This document shows, one piece after another, positions 60,732 through 64,000 of a stretch of DNA of 64,000 nucleotides (positions within the stretch are counted from its first letter, which is position 1; each line of letters starts with the position of its first letter). The stretch spans positions 192,001-256,000 of the forward strand of contig CAWHCF010000026.1 of NCBI GenBank assembly GCA_963827655.1. Direction: 5' to 3'. This stretch comes from an uncultured Acidobacteriota bacterium (GTDB lineage: Bacteria; Acidobacteriota; UBA6911). A program made the translations under genes and the position numbers. A model generated the notes under the pieces. It made no database searches and was not told where the DNA came from. It worked only from the letters and a program-made list of their open reading frames with translations.

Positions 60732-61498
60732 ACGAAGAAGAATACGCTTTCATGTACTTGCAGGAGGAGAGTCACTGGTGGTTTGTGGGCATGCGAGCGA
60801 TCGTGCTTTCTCTCCTGCCGACGTCCGCGCTGCCTCCCTCGCCGCGAACCCTGGATGCCGGATGCGGCACCGGTTATAACCTGAGCTGGTTTAAAGAGCA
60901 GTACGGAAGCAAAGCGAGTGGCCTCGACTACTATCGCTACGCTTTCCCTTTTTGCCGGCGTCGCGGTGAAATGGACCTGGTTCAAGGAGACATCGCAAGC
61001 CTGCCATTCGTTTCCGGCAGCTTCGACCTGGTGGCTTCGCTGGACGTCCTGCAGCAGGTGCCCGATGAGGGAGCCCGCGCGCGAGCGGTGATGGAGTTCC
61101 AGCGGGTTCTCAAGCCAGGGGGCTGGTTTGTGATTCGGGTGGCCGCTTTCGAATGGTTGCGCAGCAGCCACGACAACGAGCTGCTTACCCAGCGACGGTT
61201 TGGAGCGCGCGAATTCCGGGAGTTGATAAACGGCGCTGGTTTCCAGATCGTCCGGTTTACCTTTGCCAACAGCTTCTTGTTTCCGTTGGCGGCGCTCTGG
61301 CGCTGTCTCAAGAAAGTCGGCCTTGTGCCCGGCGGCTCCGATGTGCGCCCCACGACTCGGGGAACGGCTTGGCTGAATAACGCGATGGAGTCTCTCTTGC
61401 GGCTCGAGGCCGCTGTTCTTCAAAAGGGAGCCGTTTCATTTCCAATGGGGCTATCGTTGATCGTCGTCGCTCGCAAACCGGTGGTCGGCAGTCAATGA
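60728..61498 (+). CDS. Class I SAM-dependent methyltransferase
   Basis: HWWF, LDAGCGTG, LPFVSGSFD, RVLKPGG. Confidence 0.85.
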   Translation: MNEEEYAFMYLQEESHWWFVGMRAIVLSLLPTSALPPSPRTLDAGCGTGYNLSWFKEQYGSKASGLDYYRYAFPFCRRRGEMDLVQGDIASLPFVSGSFDLVASLDVLQQVPDEGARARAVMEFQRVLKPGGWFVIRVAAFEWLRSSHDNELLTQRRFGAREFRELINGAGFQIVRFTFANSFLFPLAALWRCLKKVGLVPGGSDVRPTTRGTAWLNNAMESLLRLEAAVLQKGAVSFPMGLSLIVVARKPVVGSQ

Positions 61499-61555
61499 GG
61501 GTTTTCTTGTTAGGTGGCCACCGATCGCCCTTCGGTCGTGGTATCCTCAAACCGC

Positions 61556-62158
61556 ATGTTGGAGTACGTCACTGACTTCTTCGGATCGCTGAGCCCAGTC
61601 TGGTTCTACCTCGCTCTCTTCGCCTGCGCCTATATTGAGAACGTGTTTCCGCCGATTCCCGGCGACACAGTAACGGTCTTCGGCGCCTACATCGTCGCCC
61701 GGTCGCAACAAAAGGTCCTGGGCGTGTTCGCTGCCACGACTCTGGGAAGCATGGCCGGTTTCATGACCTATTACGCCGTCGGAAGGCTCGTGCCATTGAG
61801 GTATTTCACTGAGGGAAAGTTCTGGTTTCTTCCCGCTGCGAGCGTTCGAAAGGCCGGCGATTGGTTCCAGACATATGGATACTGGCTGGTCCTGGGAAAT
61901 CGCTTTCTTTCGGGAGTCCGGTCGGTGATCTCTATCGTGGCGGGTGTTTACAGGCTTCCCTGGCCCAGGGTTCTGGTTCTCGCGACCATCGGCTGCGCGG
62001 TGTGGAACGCGCTGCTGATATGGGCCGGGTATTTCCTGGGAGCCAACTGGCGCGCCATTGAAGATCTGCTTCGAGAATACACCCGCTTTGTCCTGATAGT
62101 CCTGATCCTCTTGGCCGGCGCCTGGCTGCTGCGAAGAAAGATTTTCACCGCACGCTAA
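61556..62158 (+). CDS. DedA-family membrane protein
   Basis: ENVFPPIPGD, RFLSGVRS, GYFLG. Confidence 0.9.
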   Translation: MLEYVTDFFGSLSPVWFYLALFACAYIENVFPPIPGDTVTVFGAYIVARSQQKVLGVFAATTLGSMAGFMTYYAVGRLVPLRYFTEGKFWFLPAASVRKAGDWFQTYGYWLVLGNRFLSGVRSVISIVAGVYRLPWPRVLVLATIGCAVWNALLIWAGYFLGANWRAIEDLLREYTRFVLIVLILLAGAWLLRRKIFTAR

Positions 62159-62208
62159 GTCGGCGTTCGCAATTGCGCCCATGATATTCTGAAGCAGCGG
62201 TGAGGCCT

Positions 62209-62232
62209 GGAGTCAGCAGCCAGAGCCAGAAT
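62209..62232. repeat. Heptamer array (GAGTCAG/GAGCCAG), left arm
   Basis: Inverted relative to 62667-62699. Confidence 0.65.
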
Positions 62233-62584
62233 CGCCTTGGCATATGCATTCAGCAGTCGGCTGACTTCCTCAGGAGATGATCCTTCCTTCTGAGGACTGC
62301 CGTAACCCAGGTCGTGTGCCAGTCAGGTAGTAGCGGCTCTCTTCAAGCGAACCCTCGGCAATGTTCATGAATCGTGCTTTGTCGGCCTTGCCTCGCCGTT
62401 TGAAACCTTCTGCGACGTTCGCCGGTATGGACACGGCGGCCTTTCGCATTTGCTGCACCAGGCCATAGATCTCGCGCTGCGGGAACGATTCCGTGTAACG
62501 ATACACTTCGAGCACAAATTCATGAGCTTTCTGCCATACCAGTAGATCGCGGAAGGTCTTTGCGCTTGGCCGCTGTGCTTGCAT
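62225..62584 (-). CDS. Four-helix-bundle protein (IVS/bAvd-like), frameshift at ~62322; 3' end approximate
   Basis: FRDLLVWQKAHEF, FPQREIYGLVQQMRKAAVSIPANVAEG, IAEGSLEESRYYL; LAHDLGY...EEVSRLLNAYAKAIL in shifted frame. Confidence 0.85.
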
Positions 62585-62666
62585 GATATCGCCCCATCTC
62601 GTGATGTTATCCTTTTCAGGTAGTGTCAACCAACTGGAGGATTCCATGAACGCCTTTTACCAACAC

Positions 62667-62699
62667 ATTCTTGCTCCTGACTCCTGACTTCTGGCTTCT
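62667..62699. repeat. Heptamer array (CTCCTGA/CTTCTGG), right arm
   Basis: ATTCTTG CTCCTGA CTCCTGA CTTCTGG CTTCT. Confidence 0.75.
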
Positions 62700-62772
62700 A
62701 ACGTGAACAAAATTCTCGTAAGCTCAGACCAACGGTCTAAGCACGGAGACGCCAAGCCGCAAAAACAAAAGG

Positions 62773-63468
62773 TTATTCGCGCGCGGTAAGCTTGTCGGAA
62801 GGGAGGCGAAATCCGAGCTGGGAACGGGCATCCTTCCACGGAACACCAAAGGAATCCAGCAGCAGTTTCTCGCTCGCGGCCTGAATATTTCCGCCGGGAC
62901 CTTCGTACTGGAAGACAATCAACCGGTAAGTATTAGCCGTCGCGAGCCCACCGGACCGCTCGTAAGAGTAAGTCCCCTGGAAGCTCCCCACCCGCGTGCC
63001 CGCTTTGTCGACGACGTCGAGACCCTGCAGGGAGTCGGCCGGAAGATACTTGAGTAAAGAATTGGTGAGAGGGAGCAAAGTCTTCGGATCATTGAGTACG
63101 AAGACGTTTTCGTAGGTTAGCGCGTGGGCAGAGAGGGAGGAGTCCACGACGGCCCAGAACTCAACCCCGGTCAGCCCCGGCGCCCCGGCCCGAACCTTTT
63201 CCAACTCGCCGGCCAGCGCCGGCCAGTCGACCCGTTCGGCAGCGCCATTGAGACATCGATCAACCTCCTGCCACTGGGCCATCTTGGGCTTGCCGCGCGT
63301 TTTCAATTTACAGGGAAATGCGGTTGCCACCGTCTGATATGCCGGCGCGACCAGAGCATCAATCTTGTTCTTCAACTCGGCTGGCGGGGCCTGGAAGGAA
63401 AACACGAACACCCGGGAGACGGCAAAGACCAGGAGACCGATTCGGGTTGAATTCAGAAAGTACGCCAT
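62773..63468 (-). CDS. Secreted hypothetical protein
   Basis: 231-aa ORF with signal-like N-terminus, codirectional with HEAT gene. Confidence 0.6.
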   Translation of the reverse strand: MAYFLNSTRIGLLVFAVSRVFVFSFQAPPAELKNKIDALVAPAYQTVATAFPCKLKTRGKPKMAQWQEVDRCLNGAAERVDWPALAGELEKVRAGAPGLTGVEFWAVVDSSLSAHALTYENVFVLNDPKTLLPLTNSLLKYLPADSLQGLDVVDKAGTRVGSFQGTYSYERSGGLATANTYRLIVFQYEGPGGNIQAASEKLLLDSFGVPWKDARSQLGFRLPSDKLTARE

Positions 63469-63502
63469 TCGTGTCCCGGCGGTATTTGTTTCGATCGCTT
63501 CC

Positions 63503-64000
63503 TCACGGTCTGGAGCCGGAGAGTTTGCGAATGGCGATTTGGGCCGCCGCGGCTACCGAACCGTCCTTGTCACGAGCAAGCGGTTCGAGGTCTTTCACGT
63601 TGGTCGCGTCGCCGAGCAACGCTATCGCCTGAACTGCGCTCAGGCGAACGCCGGGATGAGTGTCCTTGAGCGCCTGCTGGAACTGGGGAAGGGCCGAACG
63701 CACACCCATTGCGGAAAGGCCTTCAATCGCGGCCACCCTCACCTCGACCGCCGGATCCCGCAACACCTTCATCAATCCCTGAATTGCAATCTCTCCCTTG
63801 GCCAGCACGAGCACTTCAATCGCTTTCTGCCGCTTTTCAAGAGAGGTGCTATCTTCGAGCGCCTTCAGGGCTTGCTCCGGGGTTTCCATCGCGTCTTCAG
63901 CTCGTTTCGTGGGCGCGCCGGTACCGATGTACCTCAGGCTGGCCTCGCCCTTTCCTCGCGCAAAGATGCGAACCAGCTGAATCCGGTTGCCGGCCGATTC
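63503..64000 (-). CDS. HEAT-repeat protein (5' partial)
   Basis: LRDPAVEVRVAAIEGL, LKDTHPGVRLSAVQAI repeats; frame open to window edge. Confidence 0.75.
   Translation of the reverse strand, partial: ESAGNRIQLVRIFARGKGEASLRYIGTGAPTKRAEDAMETPEQALKALEDSTSLEKRQKAIEVLVLAKGEIAIQGLMKVLRDPAVEVRVAAIEGLSAMGVRSALPQFQQALKDTHPGVRLSAVQAIALLGDATNVKDLEPLARDKDGSVAAAAQIAIRKLSGSRP

Overview
GC-rich bacterial chromosomal window. Gene content (DUF1080, PVC-type haem/beta-propeller pair, DUF3106-ECF cassette, mqnD, multihaem cytochromes) suggests an Acidobacteriota-like organism; this is inference. It holds about 50 protein genes, and I found no rRNA, tRNA, CRISPR array or intact transposase. Three hidden layers stand out. 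(1) Three genes split by the ORF caller are selenoproteins with an in-frame UGA at the catalytic Cys position: an OsmC-like protein (27058-27522, -), an AhpE-type peroxiredoxin with no Cys at all (43485-43955) and an adjacent stand-alone PrdB/GrdB-like UxxC protein (44017-44706). All three UGAs are followed by the same hairpin geometry, UGA-N16-C[GNNC]G, a candidate lineage-specific SECIS. (2) At least ten intergenic loci carry 7-bp-period tandem arrays, usually as inverted pairs and in about six sequence classes. Two such pairs enclose four-helix-bundle (IVS/bAvd-like) genes, suggesting a cargo-in-a-hairpin element family with 'full' and 'empty' copies. A 9-bp-period family and several REP-like families are also present. 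(3) About ten genes carry frameshifts, mostly +1, most likely long-read consensus errors, so many split ORFs are single genes.
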